Below, piece after piece: positions 50,401-61,267 of a stretch of 64,000 nt of DNA. The DNA lies in contig NMRA01000293.1 in the NCBI GenBank assembly GCA_002633005.1, forward strand, positions 85,198 through 149,197. Direction: 5' to 3'. The notes below the pieces were generated by a model. The model saw only the letters and a program-made list of their open reading frames with translations, was not told the DNA's origin and did not search any database. Numbering within the stretch: the first letter of the stretch is position 1; every line of letters begins with the position of its first letter. Source of the DNA: Phoronis australis. Taxonomy: Eukaryota; Animalia; Phoronida. The translations under genes and the position numbers were made by a program.

Positions 50401-53400
50401 CCTTCAATACCACATACTCACAGACTCCAAGGCACTGGTGAGTACACGATGTATCCTGTACTACCCAGGTCCCAACTCTTATTCAAGTCAACTGGTGTTT
50501 GAGACTGTAGGATCCATGATGCTTTTACACTAGCTAATTAACCACAAAATATTGTTGATTTTTAAGATGTTAATAGGTCTTGTCTGCATACTGTCAAAAC
50601 CAAACTTAAAGTGCCTACTAATCAGTGTTCTGTCAAAGAAAGTTTTAATATAGACCACCTGTTGCTCTAAAACTGTCTCAGTTTGTGTTCCTTATTCATA
50701 TAAGAAGTGATTTCTAACTTGACTAATTAATAAGTTGAAACCAATTCGATGGTAAGCTTTCTAAATCAAAAATTGTTTTTGTAGTCTCTGGAAAGTACTA
50801 TGTTTATATCAGCTTGAAGTCTGGTTTTCTCGCACGTTTCAAACAGTCTATTTCAACAAATGTTTGTTGCCTTAAAATGTAACCTCTGTCTGTTAAGATG
50901 TTTTTCTTTTGTTCTCATTACAGGCCTGTTTGATGTTGTCACTGGAAAGTAGTTATCCCCCCGCTTATCAATTGGCCCTTGATATGTTCAAGGTAGAGTG
51001 TTTCAGCTCACATTTAATTTTAACTGAGTAGCTCCTTAGACTGGGGACTGACATGTTATTTGTTGACAGAATTCACTCTTCAGAGTGCTTTTTTATTCAC
51101 ATTTATCTTACCAGCCAGTTACTAAGCTTCACAAAATGTTTTCCATTTTCCATACTATGATATACAATTAACATCTATAAAGAGACCATCTAAAGAACTT
51201 GTCTTGTAATGAGTATCACCAAACGGAATGGGGAGATCTTAAACCGGGGTTGAAAATTTCTATACATCGCAAAATATTTTTAAGACCGGTGGAAGTCATG
51301 GCTCAGTGGACTAGAGCGTCTGCACGGTTAGCAGACGGTCCTAGGTTCGAGTTGTGGGGACAGAAATCTTCTCAGACTAATTTCCATTAGGTCACATAAT
51401 GTAGCCAACAGGTGGCTTGCGAACCAGACTTAAAAATGTTTACGTAAACCATCAGTGTTCACAGTTCCGAAATTGCACAGTTTCTTGTCAAGCGTGGGTA
51501 ATGGTGATTATGAGAACTCCTGCCAATGAGGTTAGCCAGAGAGAGAGAGAGAATTTCAGCCGATTTCATAATTTTCATATTAAGGCTATGACCAGTAAAG
51601 TGCGCCCGCCCGATAGTTAAGGATGAATCAATTCCAGCAAACAAACCACTTTTCATTCCAGTGAAATTGTTTGTTTCAGAGAGTTGGAACTGCAGATGAT
51701 GAAATCGTTGAAGTCTTATTACAGAAACAACAAATATTGACAGCTTTGAGGTAAAATTTTGTGAGGAAACTTTGCTTACCACATTGGTCTGTATCTATGA
51801 TAGTGCTGTCCTTACAAATCTGTAATGTTATGGAGTGGAAACTGTAAAACTAGATATTAGTGATGGCTTCTGTCACTACTTGATTTATTCTAATTTGATG
51901 TCAACTTTAACATGAGACGTTTTACCATTTCAAGTGGCTGCACTTAATTCATCACGATAAAAATTGTGCTTCGATGCAAAACGAAAGTGATCGCACAAAA
52001 TACCATTTCTCTGTCATGACAGCTAATTCTGTTAGCAGCAAAAATGATTGGTAATAACTAATAGGGCAGAAAAATTCTTACTCAATAACTCAGTCATCTT
52101 ACAAATGTTCCAGTTAACTCCCCTTCATTCTCGGTCATCAGGGGAGACTACTCTGACCATGAATTTGGCTTCCGTCCAGCCATCATGACGGGGAATTTTG
52201 GGTCATTTTGTCTGAATACTTTTGGCTTGTACTGTGTCTCATTCATGCTTCATCCTCAAGATCTGTCAACCTTCCTTGTTCAACCTTTCATAACCTTGTT
52301 AGAAGCTTTAGCAAACAGCTCTGTTTTAGCGCTATTCAATAGTAAACCACCATTTTGGGGTTAGAGAGGGTAACTAGTCTGCATAGTGGCTTAGAATTTT
52401 GCCCAGGGTTGCAAATCATGGGTGTTGTTCACTCATAATAGGTCTGTTGAAATTGACATGCAAGGTCAGTGAAAGTAGTCCTTTGTGACCCGAGCTCTTA
52501 GTCATACAATTGTTCTTGTTTTACAGCTTAACAATAGGTTTATGTCCATGGCTGAGAAAATAACTGTTTTTACCTCTAGGGGTTTTGAAAGCCAAGCTTT
52601 GAATGATATTACATGATCACTCACAAACAGGTCGTGGAACATGTTTATTTTAGTCATCTACAGTAAGAAAATGAGTTCTGCTTTGTGACTGAATTTACTT
52701 GTGATAGCTTGAATTATGTTTCTGACCAGCTATCTGCCTAAAACAGCGTTGAAAAAGTGGCTAACCTAAAATGATTCACATTGACTCATCATTCCAACTT
52801 CTCTCGCAGTTAATGCTTGCTCTTAGGTGTCATGACAGACAGTTGTTCACTTGTTATGACCGGAAATTCCATGTCATTTTTCCTGTGTGTATTATATTAT
52901 TTGAATTTTTTGTTGCTGTAGGTTTGTACGAAGTATTGGAAAGACCGACTCGATTTCTGCTCGAAAGTTTTTAGAAGCAGCCATGAACTTGAGTGACAAC
53001 AGGATGTTTTATACTGTGTTCAAGTTTTTTGAACACAGGAATTTGAAACTCCGTTCAAGTCCTAAATTCAAAAATGGTAAGTTCTCTACTATCATTTCCT
53101 CTAAGTTCGTTGTTAGTGTTTGCCAGTTTCTGATATGCACCCACATAACTATGTACTTTAATTTTTTGTAGCAATTTTGGTTTTGTCCTCTCAGTTCTGT
53201 ACTTAGTTGCTTGTTGGCAAGTTTTTACCACATTCAGCACAATTCAGTTAATTTTCTTAAAAATGCCATATGGTCTTTGACGAAATATGGTGCTTTCACT
53301 TAGCAAAGGACTTGCACAATTGGAAAGACTTTTCCTGCCACCTTACAGTTTGCGATGTTCCAGTCGGGCCATGTTTGTTATTCTTTCATCATTGAATTAC

Positions 53401-55403
53401 ATAATTATCTTTTTGTGGTGGCCATGACCATTAACTCACATGTCTCTTTTCAAATTGTAAACAGTTCTCATTAGATTCAGTTTAAGTTTACATTCTGAAG
53501 CTCAGTTTTAATATTTTGCATACATACTATACTAGCACAGTTTAACTTGAGTCATAACTTCAATATGTTTGCCACTACCAAATTGAATAAAGACTGTCAG
53601 GAATCAACCAAATCAGAAACAATTAGTCATGTGATGTTCTTTAACTTGCTCATTTGTTAGACTTAGTCTTAGGGCTGTTCCAGCAAAATCTGTATGGGAG
53701 GGGGGGAAGGCACTTTTATTTTGTACCCACCGCCCATATTTTTCATTTATTTCTCCAACCCATGACCCATAATTTTTTAATTATTTTTATAGGTTGAAAT
53801 ATAAAATCCAATACTTGCAAACAAATTGCCTCCAGGAGGACCTGTTAAGAACTTAGATGATTGACAGACAAGAACTAGTTGTCTTGTCCAATATTGTCAA
53901 AAACTAAAGTAGCCTGTGAGCAATATTTTTGGCAACCACCAGGTGTCTCTGTTCACCATGTGTCTATAATTTCAATGAACATTTTTTCAATTATAAGGAT
54001 CTATGAATCTCAAACTGTCTCCACAAACTCTTTTATACTTCTATGTCAAGTGAATATTGGAACTTGTTTATCTTACTCCTCATACTTTTTATTTAAAAAT
54101 CATCAATTTTCTTATATGTGTTAACACCNNNNNNNNNNNNNNNNNNNNNNNNNNNNNNNNNNNNNNNNNNNNNNNNNNNNNNNNNNNNNNNNNNNNNNNN
54201 NNNNNNNNNNNNNNNNNNNNNNNNNNNNNNNNNNNNNNNNNNNNNNNNNNNNNNNNNNNNCCCCCCCCTCCCACACGGATTTTACTGGAACAGCCCTTAA
54301 GGTTATGTATAACATTACTCAAAAATCAAATATGTATTTAGCTGATAAACCTACAAAACTATAATACAATTTAACTCCTAGCAACTGGTATTGATCTCTT
54401 AGCAAGTGGTATTGAACTCTTAGCAAGTGGTATTGGACTCTTAGCAAGTGGTATTGAACTCTTAGCAAGTGGTATTCTAAGTATTCTGCATTAGCTGCTG
54501 AGGATTCTTGCTTTTTCTGGGTTCTCTCATACAACTTTAAAGATACACGCTCTTGTATAGACACACAATGTAACAACATTAGAAAACAAGAGAAGATAAA
54601 CACATAATATTTGTTTAATCCTGGGTCTTCGTCAGGGAAGATATGTCTAAAACAACTGACTAGAAAATGCACCGAAAGGTGTGAAGAACTACAAAGTACA
54701 AGAGCGTGTGTCTTCAAGTGTATGAGAGAACTCTTAGACTTAAGTCCTCTGAAGCTAGTGTAGTATTTAATACCACTTACTTAAACTAAAATTTGCTGCC
54801 AACATGCACAAATGTAGCTCTGAGTAAAAGATTTTACTTTCTGAGTTAGCGGATAGTGTGCACAATCTGATTTTTATGGTATACCAATTTGCTGTCAGTT
54901 GGGTCATGTGACAAATTATATGTAATTGTAATAGAATTAAGTGAAAGTGTAAGATACATTCATAGCAATACAATGTATCAACAATATGACCAAATTTTGT
55001 TTTATATAAATCTTAAAATGGTGGTACAGTTATTCAAATTTTTTGTTTTGTTTTGTTTCTTGCAATTTTTGATTTTTTCAGATAAAAAATTGTTTTTGTA
55101 GCCCCTCATGCAAAAGTGGGACATTTTAAAACCAATGCTTAAATGTTTTGGGAAACAGTGTATGAATCAATCTATCTGAAAGTTTCCCTTGAATGTGACC
55201 TGCCATTTCTGAGATACGATGTTCCAAAGTTGGCCGTATTTGGGCGTTTTTGTGCCAGCAACAGATTGTTGAGTAAATGACTTTGTTGGAAGTGTGTTAT
55301 TAGCTAACCATGTATCTTCTTACTCTTTACAGGTGAACATTGCGAGAAGTACGTAAAACACTTTGAGACCCTGTTCACTGCTGATGCTTTCGCTCAAGCA
55401 TGA
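32431..55403 (+). CDS. RMC1: Regulator of MON1-CCZ1 complex (C18orf8/Mic1/Bulli), 21 exons, 662 aa
   Basis: Exons 32431-32544, 35773-35849, 36813-36897, 37485-37541, 38167-38253, 38828-38899, 39412-39480, 40022-40125, 40880-40972, 44012-44117, 45351-45465, 46457-46516, 47055-47167, 47706-47882, 48701-48811, 49391-49468, 50333-50437, 50924-50992, 51680-51750, 52922-53076, 55333-55403 join in frame (1989 nt with stop). Motifs VFFDDSNRQVF, KLPKFEVDLP, WIVFQPNIII, FYQLHQFLQYHILTDSK, ISARKFLEAA and GEHCE match RMC1 as recalled. Confidence 0.96.
38307..38568 (-). mobile_element. MITE, TIR CAGGGCTTGGAAT family
   Basis: Reverse-orientation homologue of 7038-7289. Confidence 0.7.
41581..43560 (+). 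mobile_element. Non-autonomous Helentron-like element (HINE/DINE/pearl type) with internal tandem core repeats
   Basis: 5' TTTTATGCGCCCACA with adjacent inverted copy ATGTGGG, short CTGT/GTCC microsatellite, many diverged units containing ATGAAATTTGG and CCCTAGTGGC, 3' subterminal IR TGTGAGTGCATT plus hairpin CAACAC-CCC-GTGTTG. Confidence 0.7.
42005..42322. mobile_element. MITE nested in the HINE
   Basis: Long imperfect inverted repeats AAATGGCTTAATCA..GCATAAAGTCTGGT / ACCAGACTTTTATGC..TGATCTAGCCATTT. Confidence 0.6.
44455..45200 (+). mobile_element. Second, more degenerate copy of the same HINE family
   Basis: Shares TTATGTGGGTACATT head and repeated GATCTGACTACTGT / ATGAAATTTGGC units. 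Confidence 0.6.
45500..45910. repeat. Degenerate minisatellite, ~18-bp unit
   Basis: CAGTGAACACATTAACGT repeated about 20 times with variants. Confidence 0.93.
46517..47054 (+). other. U12-type (minor spliceosome) GT-AG intron in RMC1
   Basis: 5' splice site GTATCCTTT; branch-like TTCCCTCAC at 47032-47040, about 14 nt before the AG; no polypyrimidine tract; splicing restores the frame (CEL-Y-SPNW). Confidence 0.85.
51290..51420 (+). mobile_element. tRNA-derived SINE head / tRNA-like relic
   Basis: A box TGGCTCAGTGG, anticodon-arm-like TCTGC-ACGGTTA-GCAGA, B box GGTTCGAGT; no acceptor stem. Confidence 0.6.
53672..54296. mobile_element. PIF/Harbinger (Tourist-like) MITE spanning an assembly gap
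   Basis: ~35-bp TIR GGGCTGTTCCAG.AAAATC.GT.TGGGAGGGGGGG; TTA on both flanks; N run at 54129-54260. Confidence 0.75.
54374..54478. repeat. Minisatellite, 21-bp unit x~5
   Basis: AACTCTTAGCAAGTGGTATTG tandem copies. Confidence 0.92.
54520..54733. mobile_element. Small element with ~38-bp imperfect inverted repeats
   Basis: GGGTTCTCTCATACAACTTTAAAGATACACGCTCTTGTA versus TACAAGAGCGTGTGTCTTCAAGTGTATGAGAGAACTC. Confidence 0.6.
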
Positions 55404-58089
55404 CTATCAGGTGACATGTCACACATCTACCTGTTGGAGGAAGTATTAAAAGGCCTTCTCCTATGATGTCCACTCATGACCACTCATTTGTGACCAGCTG
55501 CAATTAGCATAGCTTCTGTACAGCTGGGAAATCAGAAGCAAACATTGTTTACCAAATAATCCGTGGGCAGTTCGTATAGATTTGACATCAGCTGTTCAAC
55601 CTGTTTTGTCCACGGCGTATATTAGTAAAATTAATGTCAGTACTGGTGCTTCCTTGTATTTAGTTGTCAACAACAACTGGTTATAGGCCTAGATCCACAC
55701 ACTTACAGTGACATGTTGCAGAAGGGACGTCTACAGGCGTGGATCACAGCCAACTTGTTGGTCAAAGGAACTTGCTGTCAACTCATTAGTGGCTGCCTGT
55801 TTTTGCGACGCAATGCACTCTTGAGAACGCAAGATCACACGAAGCTCAGCAAGATATCGGCATGCATTGCCAGCACATGATCACAGCTTTGCTCGTGACA
55901 TGAGGCAACTCCTACACTAACATTTGAGGTTTTGTTACCCTAACGCTTAAGGGAGCTTAAACCATACTGTTACTAACCCGTCCTAATCGATTCTCAAATT
56001 AACGGGTGTGGCTTAGCGGCAATGCTGAAGAAATACTATTTGCTAATTTCTCTTATAATGCATCTATTTTAAAAATTTGAAGAGGGCTAATACTTTTAAC
56101 TTTAAAGACAGTCATGTTGGTCGTTTGCCTTACTTACTCTTCCTTTTTTTACTTTGAAACTAGTACGCTAAACAGGCCCCTTGTATACGATCACAGTTAT
56201 CTCCATCAATCCACATTTGGCCAAGCCCATGAATAACGACTAACTCACTTCAATCTGTGATGGCGCCATCAAATCTTTGATGTACCAAGCCATTTGCTGG
56301 ATAATCTGGGATGAACAGTCCATTTGTGTGTAAATCCTGTTGGTAAAAGATTTGCCTAATGGAAATTCTTGCATGTATGGTACACCAGTCAGGTTTCTTA
56401 AATGTTTCTTTCACAAACAATCATCGGGGACATGCAGAATGTTTTGACACTCTTAGGAAGGCTACTGATGTGCAATACACCACCATGTTAGACTCCAACT
56501 TTGAAATATTAAATAGAGGATAAAGTGTATTTATTTCAAGAATTGTTGTATACATTTATTTTATAAATTGATATTTCTTTTAAAGTATAATAGAAATCAA
56601 AATATATGAAATTGAAAGTTGACTTGATAATTTTATTATATTTTAAAAGATACTTTGTTTCACCTTTGTTATAGTTAAAGTTGCATTTTCCCCTCTTTAG
56701 TTGGCTACAAAAAGAAAAGTGAATTAGACCATTTATTCTTGTAAAATCGGTCTCTCATTTTACCTTCCTGTGATAAGATTCTATTAAATGTTACCAACAA
56801 GAACCACGCGACCATCAGTTATTCAAGAAAATGCTTCAGATTTTCCAACCCTAAAATTGTGCATTCGGAAATGACACATGTACACATTGCCTGTGATTTG
56901 AATGGCCTGCTCATTCCGACAATTCAAGGTCGTGCGAGTGAGGTAATGTTCCAAAACCCCAACTTGAAAGCGTTTTGGTCAAGAATTCAACATTTCATTT
57001 TTATTCAGGGTAAGATGCATCATACTTCTAATCATTTTTAGCAAACCACTGCAACCACTAACAAATATCATGAAAATCTACTCCCAAGTGACCCTCTTTC
57101 ACTCACTCAATACAGAATCAATCATAAAGCAATGGCAATAGAGATAAATGAAATGTTTTTATAGTGAATGATCTAGACTATTCTTCAGGTCAGTATGTAC
57201 GTAAATATTATTGGGGGAGCATAAACTAATTCTGCCTTAATGCCAAATATTTTTCTCCCGGTGGTCCCCAATTTTATTTTCCTCCCTATCTCCACCCCCC
57301 CCCCNNCCCCCCCCTTCCCCAAGGTCCTTGCCAATTTCGCACAAACTTCAATAGGCATGCAGATTTTGCTGGGAAATGGCCACCAGAAACTTATTTACCC
57401 TTCTTTAAACAAATATTCATGAGAAAGAACCACTTTTTATACCAGGACGCATGCGTTAAGCTCTAATGCTTTTAGCCTTGGATTTTGACTCATGGTGCCG
57501 TGTATGTTTAGGATGTAAAAATGACAGGAAGTATAAAATTACACTATGGAAAACTCCTGCTGCGGGCAACGAAATCGGTCTAAATATGGGGAGAAATGAC
57601 ATCACTTTGGAACTGAATAGAGAGAATATTGTCTCAGAAACTTCGATTATAGCTTCGCCTATTTTGGAGAGTGCACATGAGACCGAAGACCTAGTTTTAC
57701 TACATTAGGTCCCAGTTGTTTCAGTGTGGTACAAATCATCTAGTGGACGTTGTTGTCAAGTTTGGTGGTCGGATGATAGAGATTTCCAGAATTTCAATCT
57801 GCGCCAGTCTTAAGTTCATTAATTGAAGCATCATCAATGTCTTACTAGACTAGCTTCTAATTATTGAAAAATCGTGTATGAATAAGTCGATTTTCGTAGA
57901 CACATTAACATGTAAATCAAAAACCAATGAATGCATTGCAGGTTACCAGAAGAAAATCTTGATTCAATGATGGGCCATCACGTGGCGACACAGTAGAAAC
58001 TGTAAAAGCACACCCTGGGGACTTTTGGGTTAACTGCAAGTTTCTTTTCAGATCCGTAATTGGTTGAATGGGTTTTTTAATTTTTTAAG

Positions 58090-58332
58090 CGCATGCGCGC
58101 ACTCGGGGGGGGGGGGCTCGGGGGCGAAGTGGGCAAAAAGGTTCGCCTTTGGGAAACAAAAAGTCCGAGAAAATGAGATAAAAGTCCACTAAACAAGCAC
58201 AAACGCGCAATTCACAGTGGTGTCCCCTTTTTGATTTTCTTTTTAGTCCGCGCATTTTTTGTTACCAAAAGGTCCTCAACGTCATGAATTCGAGCTCCCC
58301 CGGCCATATATTGAAGGTTGAATGCGCGCATG
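58090..58332 (-). mobile_element. MITE related to 1318-1577
   Basis: CATGCGCGCA termini; internal AAGTGGGCAAAAAGGT..GAAACAAAAAGT.CGAGA.AATGAGA is the reverse complement of 1450-1515. Confidence 0.7.
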
Positions 58333-60721
58333 AAGCGCGCAGATACTTCACCGGTAATCGACGAATTGAGAGGGGCTGGGGGGCATCTCACAATAAGTTT
58401 GGCGCACTACACGCTAATAAAAGAAATTTTCCTAATTTATTCGTGTTAACGTAAATTCTGGTTCATTCGAACACGGTGGTACCCTGCCCTGGTACGGTTT
58501 GTTTACGACTGCCAGTACACGTAGCTCCATCACTTAAGCGTCTCTGCTTGACAGGCGAGTGCGAATTTCTTGTCACTAACCTAATTTTAAATCACCAACC
58601 AAGCTTTTCTAATAACGATCACGAGAAATGGTTTTTATATAATTAAAACTGAGGAATAATCTATGAGTAAGCAGTGGTCATGGGTTATTATGTAGGACTT
58701 TAATTGACAAGTCAGTGTATCAAAGTTTTACGATATATTTGTAGATTTTAAACAGGTATAGTAATAGTGTTTGTTTTCTGAAGAAAGGAAGTGCGTAGAA
58801 TTAATTTTTTGACTACATTGATATTCCGTGAATTAAGTCACGTGACCATGCTTCAAGTTCAGAAAACTTTAGCAAAACAAAGAAGAGGTCCATTCACAGA
58901 TAAACAATAGTCCAAATTCCGTTTGATGTAACTGTTGAATATAACATTTCAAAAAGCTGCTGTCGTTTTCAAATTACTATCTCGTTTTCATTTCATGGGA
59001 TTTTTCAGTTCTTTCACAAAAAATATAGTTTGATAGACCCTCTTGGAGACTGACTGGAACATTACAACAGCGTTTTGGAGAACAGTGCTTACACCATGGT
59101 ATCTGAATCTTTCATATGAATCGGATTTGTCAATTCTGCCAAAGTTTAGTCAAATTTGAAATTTTTAGGGCCCTTCCTAAGTTCTTCGAATTCCGGCCTT
59201 AATTAGATGTCGGTCAATGCTATCTGGTTGTTTGAGTCACTGCGCATGTCGTAATATTTCCAACAAACTTGTTCTGTGGTTTTCTCAACCAATCTGAAAT
59301 GTGTTTAAGTCCTTCCCCACGTGATGATAGTTGACACTAGTGTCGGGTGTATAGGGAGCGACAGAGGAATTGCCCCAGGTCGCTCATTCAAGAAAAAAAA
59401 ACAACCGTCGGAAAGGGGGTCAATATGAAAAACTATATCAATAAGACTAGACAAGAGTGACAGTTAATTTCATCACCTGGTGACCCTCCGACTCACCTTT
59501 CTTTGGAAAAAAATTGCACGCTTTCATAAACATATGGTAAGACGGCTCTTGAGAAGAAAGGATGTAAACAGGAAAACTAGATTGACTTTGGACAAAAATA
59601 TGTAGTATTTTTGCTTTGGATGCCATAAACGTCCCCCTTCAAGGGCAAGTGGAGCCCTTAAATATTAAAGTATATATATTTCCAAAAAAGGAAATGACCA
59701 CGCGTCAAGTTCCCAAAGTGATTTACAGTTTCAAAAAACGGAAAAGAAAGCGACATCATCCCTAACTGACGGAGAAGCGTCCAGGCTGGAGAAATAGTTT
59801 CACAATCAGTACAAACTATATTTCTTGAACTAAATTAAAGTTATGTTTGACCCTAAAAGGTAGTGCTATAAATTCAACAATGCAAGTATAATGTAATTAT
59901 CGCGGGATGAGATGCTCTCCGACTGATCGAGTCTCTCCCAGCAGCCCAGCCAGGGCACATTTGGCTTTGTGCATTCAATCATGCAGAAAGGTAAAAAACA
60001 AGATGGCAGTATGATTAATGCCAATCATCAAACTTTGACGAGCCAAATTTTTATTGAGCTATGACTCAGTGACGAAAAACATGATATAATCCCACAAAAA
60101 CAATAAAATGATCAACGCAACTGCCTCTATCCGTCGGTGTCAGTGAAAAAATAAGTACGGTAGGTATCTCTCACCTGAAGTCTCGGTGCCTGTCAGTAAT
60201 AATTACATAAATGTCAAGGACTGATAATACGAAAAACAATACATATTATGCCCGTCAGTGAACCCATGCAACTGCCAATACAAAAATGTGCATAAACGAC
60301 TTAGTAAATACATGTCCCGCCTGTCGATACAAAAAAGTTGCATACTTTATAGTCATGGGTTGCAATTTTTTACTTAAAACGGGAATATGGTCACCATTCA
60401 AAAACAATAGTCCGAAAATGCCGCTGACTAGCCTTTCTTTTACAGTGTTATTGGAAGTGATGTACTACCACCGCTTTTGGTGTGGGAGTAGCATTCGGGG
60501 TATCGAAGTCCGCGGTACAATAAAAAGGAGTGTAGTACTTTGACTCCTACTTTACAATGACGAATAACATGTTGGCCGAGATTGACCTACTTTGCATCAT
60601 GTGACCTCAGATATGACGACAACTTACTGACGAACTGAGGCAACCAGGCGAATATGTATTTGTGAGCGCCTTGCTCAAAACACCGGCGTCCCCCTCGTAA
60701 CAACTCATCGTGGGGTCTACA

Positions 60722-60839
60722 ATGGATCATAATATGTTCCTGGTACTGTGGGGAATCGTGTTAGCCTGCATTCTTCCCGGTGGTGACGTCGCTCACATCT
60801 CAAAACTGAAAGGCAAAGGCGACCCTCCGCCTCCGGCTG
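60722..60839 (+). CDS. Probable first coding exon of a secreted/membrane protein; rest not identified in window
   Basis: ACAATGG Kozak context; MDHNMFLVLWGIVLACILPGG signal-peptide-like stretch, then KLKGKGDPPPPA; strong phase-1 donor G|GTAAGT; CpG-rich surroundings. Confidence 0.55.
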
Positions 60840-61267
60840 GTAAGTTATCATTACCATTACCGCCAGGCGTTAGGCAATGTTTTGTCTGGCTGTGGACGCC
60901 AAAGGCCTCTGGGCTACCTACCAAGTAGTGGCTGCTTTTGCCTGTATTACTGTGCATCTTAGGTAATCAAATCTGATATCTATGAATAAGTGAGGAAACA
61001 GTGATGTTTGACAGTAAGATGTAAATCTTTTATGATCACTGTTAATCTGGGACTAACGTCAACGTACATCTGTCTGAGTGGGTAGCCCAATAGGGCAATA
61101 GGACTATCACCGTCTGAACTTGGCTATCTATGCAGGCATGAAAACAGTATATTTTCCCGCAGACCGCTCTTGTGCCTGGTGGTGCCCTCTGCCATTCTAT
61201 CAGGATGTACTTGTTATCTTATTCATCTTATAAAATTCTCATTGCAATTGGGGACACTGTGTGTGTC

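Noticed and set aside
50450-50458. GTATCCTGT resembling a second U12 donor
   Set aside because: The in-frame donor is GTGAGT at 50438 and the intron has an ordinary polypyrimidine acceptor
51290-51365. Possible tRNA gene
   Set aside because: No acceptor stem or proper T stem; treated as a SINE head
54129-54260. ORFs containing X runs
   Set aside because: Assembly gap (N run)
54319-54717. 132-aa ORF with YHLLRVQ repeats
   Set aside because: Derived from a 21-bp minisatellite plus a repeat element
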